From: Candidatus Aminicenantales bacterium | GTDB lineage: Bacteria > Acidobacteriota > Aminicenantia > Aminicenantales > Saccharicenantaceae | DNA: 36,546 nucleotides | Assembly (NCBI GenBank): GCA_049512315.1 | Contig: JBEKXF010000033.1 | Coordinates: 1-36,546, forward strand | Direction: 5' to 3' | Shown here: positions 1 to 8,615 of the stretch, in pieces | How positions within the stretch are numbered: position 1 is the first letter of the stretch | Layout: each line of letters starts with the position of its first letter | The notes under the pieces: generated by a model | Told to the model about the DNA's origin: nothing | The model's input: the letters and a program-made list of their open reading frames with translations, nothing else | The model's database searches: none | Made by a program: the position numbers and the translations under genes

Positions 1-1048
1 AGACGACCCCCGCGAGGTCGAGGGCGTTGAGCTTCGCCGCGAGCGCAAACCCGTCGATCCAGGGCGCGCCGAAGAGCTCGAAAGGCCTCGTCGTCCCCCG
101 GCCCTCGGAGACGTTGGTCCCCTCGAACGCGACCTGGCCGGGATAGACGGTCGCAGTCTCGAGGATCGGCATGTTGGGGGACGGGATGATCCAGGGGAGG
201 CCGGTCTGGTCGAACCACATCGTCCGCCTCCACCCTTCCATCGGGACGACCGTCAGCTTGGCCTTCCGCGGGAGGAACCTGCCGTTGAAGAGCCGGGCCA
301 GCTCGCCCATGGTCATCCCGAACCGTTCGGGGATGGGATAGAGGCCGATGTAGGAGCTCGAGCCGGGATAGTCGACGACCGGGCCTTCCATGTCGATTCC
401 GTTGACGGGGTTGGGCCGGTCAAGGACGATGAAGTCGACGCCGCTCTCGGCGCACGCCTGCATGGCCAGGGCCATCGTCGCGATATAAGTATAGACCCGG
501 GTCCCGACATCCTGGATGTCATAGATCATGACGTCGATATCCCGGACCATGGTTTTTCCGGGCGCCTTGCCGTCGGACTTCGTGTCGAAGGACCGCATGT
601 ACTCATCGATATTCTTGAGCATCCCGGGCTCGGGCTTCATCGACTGGCCATAGAGGCTGAAAACCGGCAGGTTGTACTTCTTGTCGTAGTAGAACGGGAC
701 GTACTCCCCGGCCTGGGCGTCCCCGCGGACGCCGTGTTCCGGCCCGTAGAGGGCGACCAGCTTGACCTTCGGGTTGGCGACCAGGAGGTCCACCGTGCTC
801 CGAAGCCGGCCGTCGGCTCCCGTCGGGTTCGTGATGAGCCCGACCCTTTTCCCCGTGACCAGGTCGAGATGCTTCTCGAGGAGTACCTCAACGCCCGTCT
901 TGACCCGTCCGGCAGCGAGAGGCGTCTCAGCCCGCCGGCCCGGCGAGCAGGCCGGGACGACTAGGGACGCCGCCAAGGCCAAAAAGGCCGGCCAGATCAG
1001 GGGAGTTCTCGACGGTTTTCGGGAAACGCATGCGGCCTGATTCATCAT
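1..1048 (-). CDS. namZ: Exo-beta-N-acetylmuramidase NamZ (DUF1343/YbbC family), probable lipoprotein; 3' end runs off the window
   Basis: Not in the ORF track (no stop in window). Manual translation from ATG 1048: MMNQAAC...LALAASLVVPAC (lipobox-like), VGLITNPTG, LYGPEHGVRGD, YDIQDVGTRVYTYIATM, VLDRPNP, GMTMGELA, WIIPSPNMP. SD GGAGG upstream. Confidence 0.92.
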   Translation of the reverse strand, partial: MMNQAACVSRKPSRTPLIWPAFLALAASLVVPACSPGRRAETPLAAGRVKTGVEVLLEKHLDLVTGKRVGLITNPTGADGRLRSTVDLLVANPKVKLVALYGPEHGVRGDAQAGEYVPFYYDKKYNLPVFSLYGQSMKPEPGMLKNIDEYMRSFDTKSDGKAPGKTMVRDIDVMIYDIQDVGTRVYTYIATMALAMQACAESGVDFIVLDRPNPVNGIDMEGPVVDYPGSSSYIGLYPIPERFGMTMGELARLFNGRFLPRKAKLTVVPMEGWRRTMWFDQTGLPWIIPSPNMPILETATVYPGQVAFEGTNVSEGRGTTRPFELFGAPWIDGFALAAKLNALDLAGVV

Positions 1049-1163
1049 GGCTCACCCTCCTAGGGAGGAAGTCAGACGCGGACAAGAATATCAAGACCTT
1101 CCTCCGGGAGTCAACCGGCGTGGGGACCCTGGCGCAGAAATCATTGCGGCCGGAAATTTCAGG

Positions 1164-1192
1164 TTGATTCCTGCCGGGAAATGGTCTATAAA
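1164..1192 (+). promoter_or_regulatory. Sigma70-like promoter for the phosphatase-NTT operon
   Basis: TTGATT-17 bp-TATAAA. It lies inside the 5' part of the track ORF 1047, supporting a downstream start. Confidence 0.55.
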
Positions 1193-1253
1193 CGAAAGAA
1201 GGATGTTTTCATCCGGAAAGGCCAGGGAAATCTTGAGGGGTAAGCGACCGCTG

Positions 1254-3080
1254 ATGCGCGTGCTCGCGGCCTCGGCCGCCCTTCTCGTCTGCGCCCTCCT
1301 CTCCCCCGCCGCGGAGATTCCCTGCGTCTGGACCGGCGTCGAAAAGATCGTGGCCGTGGGCGATCTTCACGGCGACTATGACAACTTCGTCCTGATCCTG
1401 AAAAGCACCGGGATGGTCACCGACGACCTTCACTGGAGCGGGGGGGCCACGCACCTCGTCCAAACCGGCGACATCTTGGACAGGTGGACGAGGGCCAAGG
1501 ACATCTTCGACCTCCTGATGCGTCTCGAAAAAGAGGCCTCTGAGGCCGGCGGGATGGTCCACGTCCTTCTCGGCAACCACGAGGAGATGAACATCGACGG
1601 GATCGCCCTGGATTATCCCGACTACGTCACCGTCGAGCAGTTCGTCTCCTTCCTCCCCAAGGGTTTCCGGAAGGCCCGGGAAAAGGAATACATCTCCGGA
1701 CTTCCGGCCGCCGAGCGGGCCGTAGCCGAAACGAAGGGTTTGGACCTAGCTTCGGACAGCGCCTTGCGTCTCTTCTGGACGACCCTGAAAAAGGACGATG
1801 CGGCCAGGCGCGCCTACATCAATGGCTTCAACGAGACTTACGGAAAATGGCTGCTTCAGAAGAACGCCGTCATCAAGATCAACGACATCATCTTCGCCCA
1901 CGCCGGCATCAGCAAGGAATTTTCATCATGGAAACTCCGGGACATCAACGCCACTCTCCGGGCCGAGCTCGAATTCTTCCGGGGGCGGATGAGGAACCCG
2001 AACTCCATCGCTAGGCCTTTCCAGCCGAAGATCGTCTACAACTCCGAAGGTCCGCTCTGGTACAGGGGCCTGGCTTACATGGACGAAACGTCCTCCCAGA
2101 ATGAGGTCGACCATATCCTCGCCAATCTGGGGGCCCGGGCCATCGTCGTCGGCCATACGTATAGCCGTTCCGGCGGAAACAGTCCGACCGTCTCCCGTGA
2201 GATCGAGAGCATCAGCCGATTTCACAATAGGGTCTTCATCATCGACACGGGCATCTCCCGCGTCTATGGGGGCATTCCCTCGGCCCTACTCATCAATGAC
2301 GGTCATTTCAGCCTATGGGAGCCGCCCGAGGAAATGGACACGAAAGGCCCTGAAACCTCCCCGACGGTGGCAGGCCCATTGTCCGCCGAGGATCATGAGA
2401 AATTCCTCAAAGATGCCACCGTCGTCAAGGTCCAGAAGGGCACCGTGGCGGGACGGACGGAGCCCTGGAAGGTCACCCTAGAGCGCGGGGGGATTTCCCG
2501 GAAGGCGCTCTTCAAGTACATCGACCGGCGGCGGCCGGGGATCATCCCCGAAAGCTACAAGTACGAGCTGGCGGCCTACGAGCTCTGCAAATACCTCGGC
2601 CTCGATTTCGTGCCTCCTGTCGTGGAACGGGAGATCGACGGCCAGCCGGGATCGCTCCAGATGTTCGTCGAGAACTCCGTCAAGGAAGCGGAGAGAAAGG
2701 GACGCAGACTCCTGCCGGGCGATCCGAAAGCCTTCGACCAGGCCATGGATGACCTCAGGGTCTTTGAAAATCTCGTTTATGATTCCTGCACGAACGACGA
2801 GGACACCCTGGTCAGCCAGGACGACTGGAAAGTCTACAGGGTTGATTTCGCCCAGGCCTTCGAACCGCAGAAAAATACGGTCCGGGGATGCGAGATCCTC
2901 CAGTGTTCCCGGAAGCTCTACAAGAAGCTTCTCGATTGGGACCCGGACAAGGTTACGGCCCTTCTGTCCCCCTTTCTCAACAGGGAAGAACTGGGGGCCC
3001 TCGACGCCCGTCGGGGCTCAATCGTCTGGATGATCAGGAGGCAGATCGAAACGCAGGGGGAGCGCGCGGTCCTGTTCTGA
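1254..3080 (+). CDS. Exported calcineurin-like (PPP/Shelph-like) metallophosphoesterase fused to a C-terminal degenerate atypical kinase domain
   Basis: MRVLAASAALLVCALLSPAA signal-like N-terminus. Phosphatase motifs GDLHG, GDILDR, GNHE, HAG, VVGHT, IDTG. The C-terminal domain (ALFKY, YELAAYELCKYLGLDFVPPVVER, VDFAQAF) is homologous to the two downstream kinases. Start chosen from the promoter, GAGGGG and the signal peptide (track start 1047). Confidence 0.85.
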   Translation: MRVLAASAALLVCALLSPAAEIPCVWTGVEKIVAVGDLHGDYDNFVLILKSTGMVTDDLHWSGGATHLVQTGDILDRWTRAKDIFDLLMRLEKEASEAGGMVHVLLGNHEEMNIDGIALDYPDYVTVEQFVSFLPKGFRKAREKEYISGLPAAERAVAETKGLDLASDSALRLFWTTLKKDDAARRAYINGFNETYGKWLLQKNAVIKINDIIFAHAGISKEFSSWKLRDINATLRAELEFFRGRMRNPNSIARPFQPKIVYNSEGPLWYRGLAYMDETSSQNEVDHILANLGARAIVVGHTYSRSGGNSPTVSREIESISRFHNRVFIIDTGISRVYGGIPSALLINDGHFSLWEPPEEMDTKGPETSPTVAGPLSAEDHEKFLKDATVVKVQKGTVAGRTEPWKVTLERGGISRKALFKYIDRRRPGIIPESYKYELAAYELCKYLGLDFVPPVVEREIDGQPGSLQMFVENSVKEAERKGRRLLPGDPKAFDQAMDDLRVFENLVYDSCTNDEDTLVSQDDWKVYRVDFAQAFEPQKNTVRGCEILQCSRKLYKKLLDWDPDKVTALLSPFLNREELGALDARRGSIVWMIRRQIETQGERAVLF

Positions 3081-3103
3081 ACGCTTGAGCTAAGGGAGGG
3101 GGG

Positions 3104-4528
3104 ATGGCCGACACCGGTCAAACGGGGGGTCGCGGGCCGGAATCTGTTTCCTACAATATCTTTTACCGCTTTCTCCGGCTCTTCGCCGATATCCGCCCCG
3201 GCGAGGCCCTCACTGTTTTTCTCTTGACTCTCAACATCTTTCTTTTGCTTCTGGCTTACTATCTCATCAAGCCTGTTCGAGAAGCTCTGGTCATTGCCTC
3301 CTTGGGGCCTCTTGTCAGAAGTTGTTTGGCGGGAGCTCAGGCCATTCTTTTCATCTTTGTCATTAAAGGGTTCAGCCGCCTTTCCTCCAAGGTTCCGAGA
3401 CAGCTTCTCATCACCTGGGTGACTGTCTTTTTCATCTCCAACCTAGGCCTTTTTTACCTCTTCCATCTCTGGCGGATGCCCATGAGGACAATGGCCGTAG
3501 CCTTTTTCATCTGGGTTGGCATTTTTAGCCTCATGGTCGTGGCCCAGTTCTGGGGCTTTGCCAACGACATTTACAACGACGAAGACGGAAAGCGTTTGTT
3601 TCCCTTGATTGCCGTCGGCCAGACATGCGGCGCTGTTTTCGGGAGCAGCATCGCCCTTCTGATCATCCGCCCTCTGGGGGCCCATTTTGCCTACATCATG
3701 ATGCTGATGACGGCCGGCCTCCTGGGAATTCCCATCGCCCTGACCATCGTTGTTCACAACAGGGAGATCAGACAAATCCGGGAAAGAGCCTTCAAAGTCG
3801 ACCCAAAGATCATTGAGGAGGAAAAAGTCAAAGAGCAGCCCCTTAAAAAGGGGGGCGGGTTCCGCCTGATCTTCCAAAGCCGATACCTCCTCTTCTACGC
3901 ATTCCTCATATTCTTCCTTAACTACGTCAATTACATGGGAGAAAACATATGGGGCTTAATCGTCAAACAGGCGGCTGTCAAGGCCGTTCATATGGGGATG
4001 ACGGGGGGAATGAACGAAGCGCAATATACGGCCGGCATCTATTCCGAATATCAATTTCTATATAATGTCATTGCCTTGGTCGTCCAGCTCTTTCTCGTGT
4101 CGCGCATCTTCAAATGGGTCGGAGTCAGCGGAGCCCTGCTCATCTTCCCCCTCATTGCCCTGGGCGGATACACCCTCGTGGGCCTGGGTGCCTCCCTCGT
4201 GCTGATCAAGTGGGTGAAAGGCTTCGAGAACGGCGTCGACTACTCCCTCATGAACACGACCAAGGGGGCCCTGTTTCTCATCACGTCAAGGGAAGAAAAG
4301 TACAAGGCCAAGGCGGCCTCCGAGACCTTTTTCTATCGGGGAGGAGATGCCCTGGCGGCGCTCATATTCTTTATCGGACTCAGCTACCTGCATTTCACCG
4401 TTGAGAGTTTTGCCAAACTCAATGTGGTTGTCACCTTGATCTGGATTGTCTTTTGCTTCTTGGTGATTCGGGAATACAAAAAAATCAAAGCCAGGGCAGC
4501 GGTACCCGCACTTGGGCAATCGTCTTAG
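3104..4528 (+). CDS. NTT/TLC-family (ATP/ADP translocase-like) MFS transporter
   Basis: About 12 hydrophobic segments; motifs YYLIKPVREAL, FWGFANDIY..GKRLFPLIAVG, SRYLL, KYKAK..ETFFYRGGD; SD GGAGG. Confidence 0.85.
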   Translation: MADTGQTGGRGPESVSYNIFYRFLRLFADIRPGEALTVFLLTLNIFLLLLAYYLIKPVREALVIASLGPLVRSCLAGAQAILFIFVIKGFSRLSSKVPRQLLITWVTVFFISNLGLFYLFHLWRMPMRTMAVAFFIWVGIFSLMVVAQFWGFANDIYNDEDGKRLFPLIAVGQTCGAVFGSSIALLIIRPLGAHFAYIMMLMTAGLLGIPIALTIVVHNREIRQIRERAFKVDPKIIEEEKVKEQPLKKGGGFRLIFQSRYLLFYAFLIFFLNYVNYMGENIWGLIVKQAAVKAVHMGMTGGMNEAQYTAGIYSEYQFLYNVIALVVQLFLVSRIFKWVGVSGALLIFPLIALGGYTLVGLGASLVLIKWVKGFENGVDYSLMNTTKGALFLITSREEKYKAKAASETFFYRGGDALAALIFFIGLSYLHFTVESFAKLNVVVTLIWIVFCFLVIREYKKIKARAAVPALGQSS

Positions 4529-4637
4529 CCGAATTCCTCTTGGGCACAAATCGTTCCGTTTGATGATTCCCCCGAGTCCCAGCAGATATGAATTCGGATG
4601 ACTTGTGGGAGGGGTAGTGGGGGCGTTAAGCGGTGAC

Positions 4638-4666
4638 TTGACTTTGAAATAAATGAGCTCTATGAT
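4638..4666 (+). promoter_or_regulatory. Sigma70-like promoter for the kinase pair
   Basis: TTGACT-17 bp-TATGAT, 35 bp upstream of ATG 4701. Confidence 0.65.
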
Positions 4667-4700
4667 ACGGCCAAAAGGGAAACCGGCTGGAGAGATTCTC

Positions 4701-5540
4701 ATGAAGCGCAGTGCGGCGATCCTCCTTTTTTCTCTGGCGTTGTCTTTCGCCAGCGGACTTCTTTACGGCCAGTTCAAGCCCGAGGAGATCGCCCGGCGCG
4801 GCGAGATGGAGACGTTCCTCGTCACGGCCGAGATCGTCCGGTCCGAACCGGTCGGCGAGGGCGTCACCCATCCCTACCGGCTTTTTCTCAAGAAGGGCGA
4901 TCTCGAGATCACGGCTTTCTGGAAAAATCCCAGCGGGATGATGGACGGCTTCTTAGAAGGCTGGCAGTACGAGATCGCCGCCTACCGGCTCGACAAGCTC
5001 ATCGGGCTCAACATGGTCCCGGTGACTGTGGAGCGCGAGTTCCAGGGCAAAAAGGGAGATCTTTCTCTCTCTGCCGAGAACAAGTACAGCCTCCTCAAGG
5101 TCACCGACCTGGGGATCCGGATTCCCGACGAAGCCCAAGGCCAGGTCGAAAAAATGAAGTGGCTCGCCCGGGCCTGGGACAGCCTCGTCGGCAACGAGGA
5201 CCGGACCCGGCAGAATGTCCTCTACACGGAAGACTGGAGGACCATCCTGATCGATCATTCCCGGGCCTTCCGGTCGACCAAGAAGTTCACCGAGAAGCTG
5301 ATGTTCGGGGCCGACGGGATCGTCAAGGGTGAAGACGGACGTGCCCTGCTCTTCCGCCGGGTCCCCCGCTGGTTCTACGAAAAAGTGAAAGCCCTGACCT
5401 CCGGCTCCGTCAAGGAAGCCGTAGGAGCCACCCTGACCGAAAAAGAGATCCGGTCGCTCCTCGCCCGCCGCGACCTCCTCGTCAAGGAGATCGACGCTCA
5501 GGTCCGGCAGCAGGGGGAAGCCAACGTCCTCTACGACTGA
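4701..5540 (+). CDS. Exported atypical kinase 1 (FAM20C/CotH/PI3-4K-like fold)
   Basis: Signal peptide MKRSAAILLFSLALSFASGLLYG|QF; GEGVT loop, AFWK, YEIAAYRLDKLIGLNMVPVTVER, WDSLVGNEDRTRQN, LIDHSRAF. Start 4701 (SD GGAG) preferred over 4653, which falls inside the promoter. Confidence 0.8.
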   Translation: MKRSAAILLFSLALSFASGLLYGQFKPEEIARRGEMETFLVTAEIVRSEPVGEGVTHPYRLFLKKGDLEITAFWKNPSGMMDGFLEGWQYEIAAYRLDKLIGLNMVPVTVEREFQGKKGDLSLSAENKYSLLKVTDLGIRIPDEAQGQVEKMKWLARAWDSLVGNEDRTRQNVLYTEDWRTILIDHSRAFRSTKKFTEKLMFGADGIVKGEDGRALLFRRVPRWFYEKVKALTSGSVKEAVGATLTEKEIRSLLARRDLLVKEIDAQVRQQGEANVLYD

Positions 5541-5589
5541 GACGGCCGGGGCCGTCTGAGGGACATAAAGATCCGAAGGGAGGGTCACG

Positions 5590-6426
5590 ATGGAAAAGAT
5601 GAAAAAGGGTCTGATCATTCTGGTCCTTTGCGGCCTGGCCGCCGTGGAGGCCCCGCGGCTCCTGGCCCAGTTCACGGCCGAGGAGCTGGCCCAACAGGCG
5701 CAATGGGAGGATTTCCTGAAGACGGCCCAGATCACCGGCCAAAAACAGCTCACCGGTGAAGAAGCGGTCACGAACCCCTGGGTCCTGACGCTCAAGAAGG
5801 GCGACCTCACGCACCGGGCTTTGTGGAAGAATGCCGAGGGCCGGCAAAAAGGGTATATCGAGGGCTGGCAGTGGGAGATTGCCGCCTACCGCCTGGACAG
5901 GTTCCTCGGCCTCAACATGGTGCCGCCGACCGTGGAACGCAGGTTCCAGGAAAACCGGGGCTCCTGCCAGTACTGGATCGATGATTGCGTCACGCTCAAG
6001 GAAAAAGAAGAAAAGAAGATCAAAACGCCCTCTTACAAGGTCTTCCCTATGAACCGGAGTATTTACCTGCAGAGATTCTGGGATAACCTGATCGCCAACG
6101 AGGACCGGCACCAGAACCAGATCCTGCTCACCAAGGACTGGCGGATGATCCTCATTGACCACTCCAGGACGTTCCGGACTTCGAAGAAGTTCACGGAGAA
6201 GCTCATCTATACGGAGAAACACCCGGAAGGCCCCAAGCTCATGAGCGAGCTGCCCCGGGCGCTCGTCGAGAAGATCAAGGCGCTCACCCCTGAGAGCATC
6301 AAAGCCGCCGTCGGCGAATACCTGACGGACGAGGAGATCAAGGCCGTCTTGATCCGCCGGGACCTCATCCTGGCAGAGATCGATAAGCTCATCAAGAAAA
6401 ACGGAGAGGATCAGGTCTTGTACTGA
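5590..6426 (+). CDS. Exported atypical kinase 2, tandem paralogue of 4701-5540
   Basis: Signal peptide MEKMKKGLIILVLCGLAAVEAPRLLA|QF; ALWK, WEIAAYRLDRFLGLNMVPPTVER, WDNLIANEDRHQNQ, LIDHSRTF; SD GGAGG. Confidence 0.8.
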   Translation: MEKMKKGLIILVLCGLAAVEAPRLLAQFTAEELAQQAQWEDFLKTAQITGQKQLTGEEAVTNPWVLTLKKGDLTHRALWKNAEGRQKGYIEGWQWEIAAYRLDRFLGLNMVPPTVERRFQENRGSCQYWIDDCVTLKEKEEKKIKTPSYKVFPMNRSIYLQRFWDNLIANEDRHQNQILLTKDWRMILIDHSRTFRTSKKFTEKLIYTEKHPEGPKLMSELPRALVEKIKALTPESIKAAVGEYLTDEEIKAVLIRRDLILAEIDKLIKKNGEDQVLY

Positions 6427-6446
6427 CCGGCGCCGCCGGCGCGGGC

Positions 6447-6863
6447 CTAGAGCTTCTTGTAGATCGTCAGGATGTTCTCTCCGTCGTCCCTGCGGTACGA
6501 GAACCCGTCCATCAGGGTCTTGAAGAGATGGACCCCGAACCCTCCCCTCGTTCCGCGGCGGATCTTATCGTCGAGGTCGGGCGGCGGCCAGGCGACCGGG
6601 TCGAAGGGGACTCCCCGGTCGCGGATCTCCATGTAAAAGGTCCCGGCGTCGTCCCAGACCCGGACCGACATCTCACCGGTCGCTCCCGGATAGGCGTAAA
6701 GGGCGATATTGACGAAGATCTCGTGGAGCGAGAGCTCGAGCTTCAGGAGGTCTTCCTCGGCAAGCGGAAGGCCGCGAAGGCTCTCGTAGAGGAACCCGCG
6801 GACCCGGTCGATCTCGGCCAAGTCCGCCCGGACGGTCAGCTCTTTCGATCCGGGGGCGTTCAA
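6447..6863 (-). CDS. rsbW: RsbW/SpoIIAB-like anti-sigma factor serine kinase (HATPase_c_2)
   Basis: N-box HEIFVNIALYAY, G1 IRDRGVPFDP, G2 GGFGVHLF; TTG start with SD GAGGAGG. Confidence 0.88.
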   Translation of the reverse strand: MNAPGSKELTVRADLAEIDRVRGFLYESLRGLPLAEEDLLKLELSLHEIFVNIALYAYPGATGEMSVRVWDDAGTFYMEIRDRGVPFDPVAWPPPDLDDKIRRGTRGGFGVHLFKTLMDGFSYRRDDGENILTIYKKL

Positions 6864-6886
6864 CGGTTCCTCCTCGATGGCGTTTC

Positions 6887-8563
6887 TCAGCTCTTTCTCT
6901 TGACGACGACCAGGGTCATATCGTCGCCGGCTTCGTCGCAGCCGGCGAAGCTGATGACCTCGTCATAGATCCTGTCGATGATCTCCCGGGCCGGGAGCCC
7001 GGCCGATTCCCGGATCTTCCCGGCCAGCCGGTCGTCCCCGAATTCCGTTTTTTCCGCGTTCTGGTGCTCGACGATGCCGTCCGTGAAGAGGCAGAGGATC
7101 TCGCCGGGCTCGAGCCTGACCGTCCTTGTCTCAAAGCTGACGGACGGGAACATGCCCAGACAAAAACCGGTGGAGTCCAGGGTCCGGGCGCCGCCGGCCG
7201 GGTTCACGACCAGGGGCGGGTTGTGGCCGGCGTTGACATAGACGACCTCGCCGGTCTTGCGGTCCAGAATGCCGAAGAAAAACGAGATGAAAGAGTGGCT
7301 GTCGGAGCTCAAGTGGACGAAATCGTTCAGCTTGGCCGCGAGGGGGGCCAAGTCCTTCGTGACCGGGATTTCCGCGTGGAGCGACGCCCTCAACGAGGCC
7401 ATGAGGAGGGCGGCGCTGACTCCCATCCCGGAGACATCGGCGATGACGACTCCCAGCCGGGCCGGGTCAACGGGGATGAAATCATAATAGTCTCCGCCCA
7501 CCTGGTGGCAGGCCCGCATGCTGCCGCTGATATCGTAGGGCTCGAAAATGGGGTCATTCTTCGGTAGGAAGTTCCGCTGGATCTGCTCCGCCGTCTTCAT
7601 CTCCAGTTCGAGCCGTTCTTTCTCCAGGGCCTTCTCGATAAGCCTGGCGTTCTCGATCTTGTTGGCGGCCAGGTTGGCCAGGAGTGTGAGCAGCTTCAGA
7701 TCCTCTTCCGTGAATTGTCCCAGGAGGGCGGCCCGGTCGCAATAGATCAGGCCGATGATCTCCTCGTTGCTCCAGAGCGGAACGCACATGGCCGAGTGGA
7801 TCTGGGCCTGGATGACGCTGACCTGTCCCCTCAGCTGCTCATCGCTCTGAATGTCGGAGATGAGCACGGCCGCATTCTTGTCCAGGGCCGTCCGGATGAT
7901 GCTCTTGCTGACGAGGATGCTCAGGTTCCGGAGCGGGCTGTCGTGGACGCGGACCACCTTGTGGACGAGCTGTCCGCCCCGGCCCTCCTTCAGCATGAGG
8001 ACGCCCCGGTCCATGGGGATGTACTGGGTGATGAGGTCCATGATGTGGTCGAGCAGCGGCGGCAGCTTCATGTGGTAGATGAGGGCCTGACTCACCTCGC
8101 TTAGGGCGGCGGCGAACTTCTGGTCCTGCAGGAGCTTGGCCATATCCTGGCCGCCGGCCGCCGGCTTGAGGAAGACAGCGGTCGGGGGTTTCTTCAGGAT
8201 GTCCTTGACGCTGATGATCGTGTTCGAGCTGTGGGTGAAGGTCGTGCCGTCGATGATCTTGAAGTCGGGCTCGTACTCGCACTCGAAGAAGATGTCGGTC
8301 TCCCCGATGTGGATCTTGTCCCCCCTCGTGAGCATGGTCCCGCCGGTAGTCCGGGGCCCGTTGAGGAAAGTCCCGTTCTTGCTGGCCTGATCTTCCAGGA
8401 CATATCCCGCGTCCGTGGCGGAAATGGTCGCATGGCAGCCCGATGTGAACTGGTCTGGGAGGACGATGTCGTTCGTCGGGGAGCGGCCGATGCTTATTTT
8501 TTTTTGGCCCAGGGGGAATTTCCAGGGTTCTCCCTTTTTGGGATAGATGAAAAGATCGCTCAT
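6887..8563 (-). CDS. FHA-GAF-PP2C (SpoIIE/RsbU-type) phosphatase
   Basis: FHA (IGRS, SGCHA, SKNGT), GAF (SAMCVPL, GLIYCD, FTEEDL), PP2C (GGDYYD, ADVSGMG, NAGHNPP, FTDGI, DDMT). Confidence 0.92.
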   Translation of the reverse strand: MSDLFIYPKKGEPWKFPLGQKKISIGRSPTNDIVLPDQFTSGCHATISATDAGYVLEDQASKNGTFLNGPRTTGGTMLTRGDKIHIGETDIFFECEYEPDFKIIDGTTFTHSSNTIISVKDILKKPPTAVFLKPAAGGQDMAKLLQDQKFAAALSEVSQALIYHMKLPPLLDHIMDLITQYIPMDRGVLMLKEGRGGQLVHKVVRVHDSPLRNLSILVSKSIIRTALDKNAAVLISDIQSDEQLRGQVSVIQAQIHSAMCVPLWSNEEIIGLIYCDRAALLGQFTEEDLKLLTLLANLAANKIENARLIEKALEKERLELEMKTAEQIQRNFLPKNDPIFEPYDISGSMRACHQVGGDYYDFIPVDPARLGVVIADVSGMGVSAALLMASLRASLHAEIPVTKDLAPLAAKLNDFVHLSSDSHSFISFFFGILDRKTGEVVYVNAGHNPPLVVNPAGGARTLDSTGFCLGMFPSVSFETRTVRLEPGEILCLFTDGIVEHQNAEKTEFGDDRLAGKIRESAGLPAREIIDRIYDEVISFAGCDEAGDDMTLVVVKRKS

Positions 8564-8580
8564 CGTGGCTCCCTCATCTC

Positions 8581-8609
8581 ATTCTAATGGACACGGCGGG
8601 CGATTTCAA
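8581..8609 (-). promoter_or_regulatory. Internal sigma70-like promoter for the PP2C-rsbW pair
   Basis: Minus strand TTGAAA-17 bp-TAGAAT in the 52-bp gap. Confidence 0.5.
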
Positions 8610-8615
8610 CCTCCT

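Noticed and set aside
1047..1253. 69-aa N-terminal extension of the phosphatase in the ORF track
   Set aside because: Overlaps the namZ start, contains a promoter match and would bury the signal peptide.
4701..6426. Calling the kinases HipA toxins or CotH
   Set aside because: Signal peptides and lack of a HipB-like partner argue against HipA; the motifs support only the shared superfamily, so no symbol was assigned.
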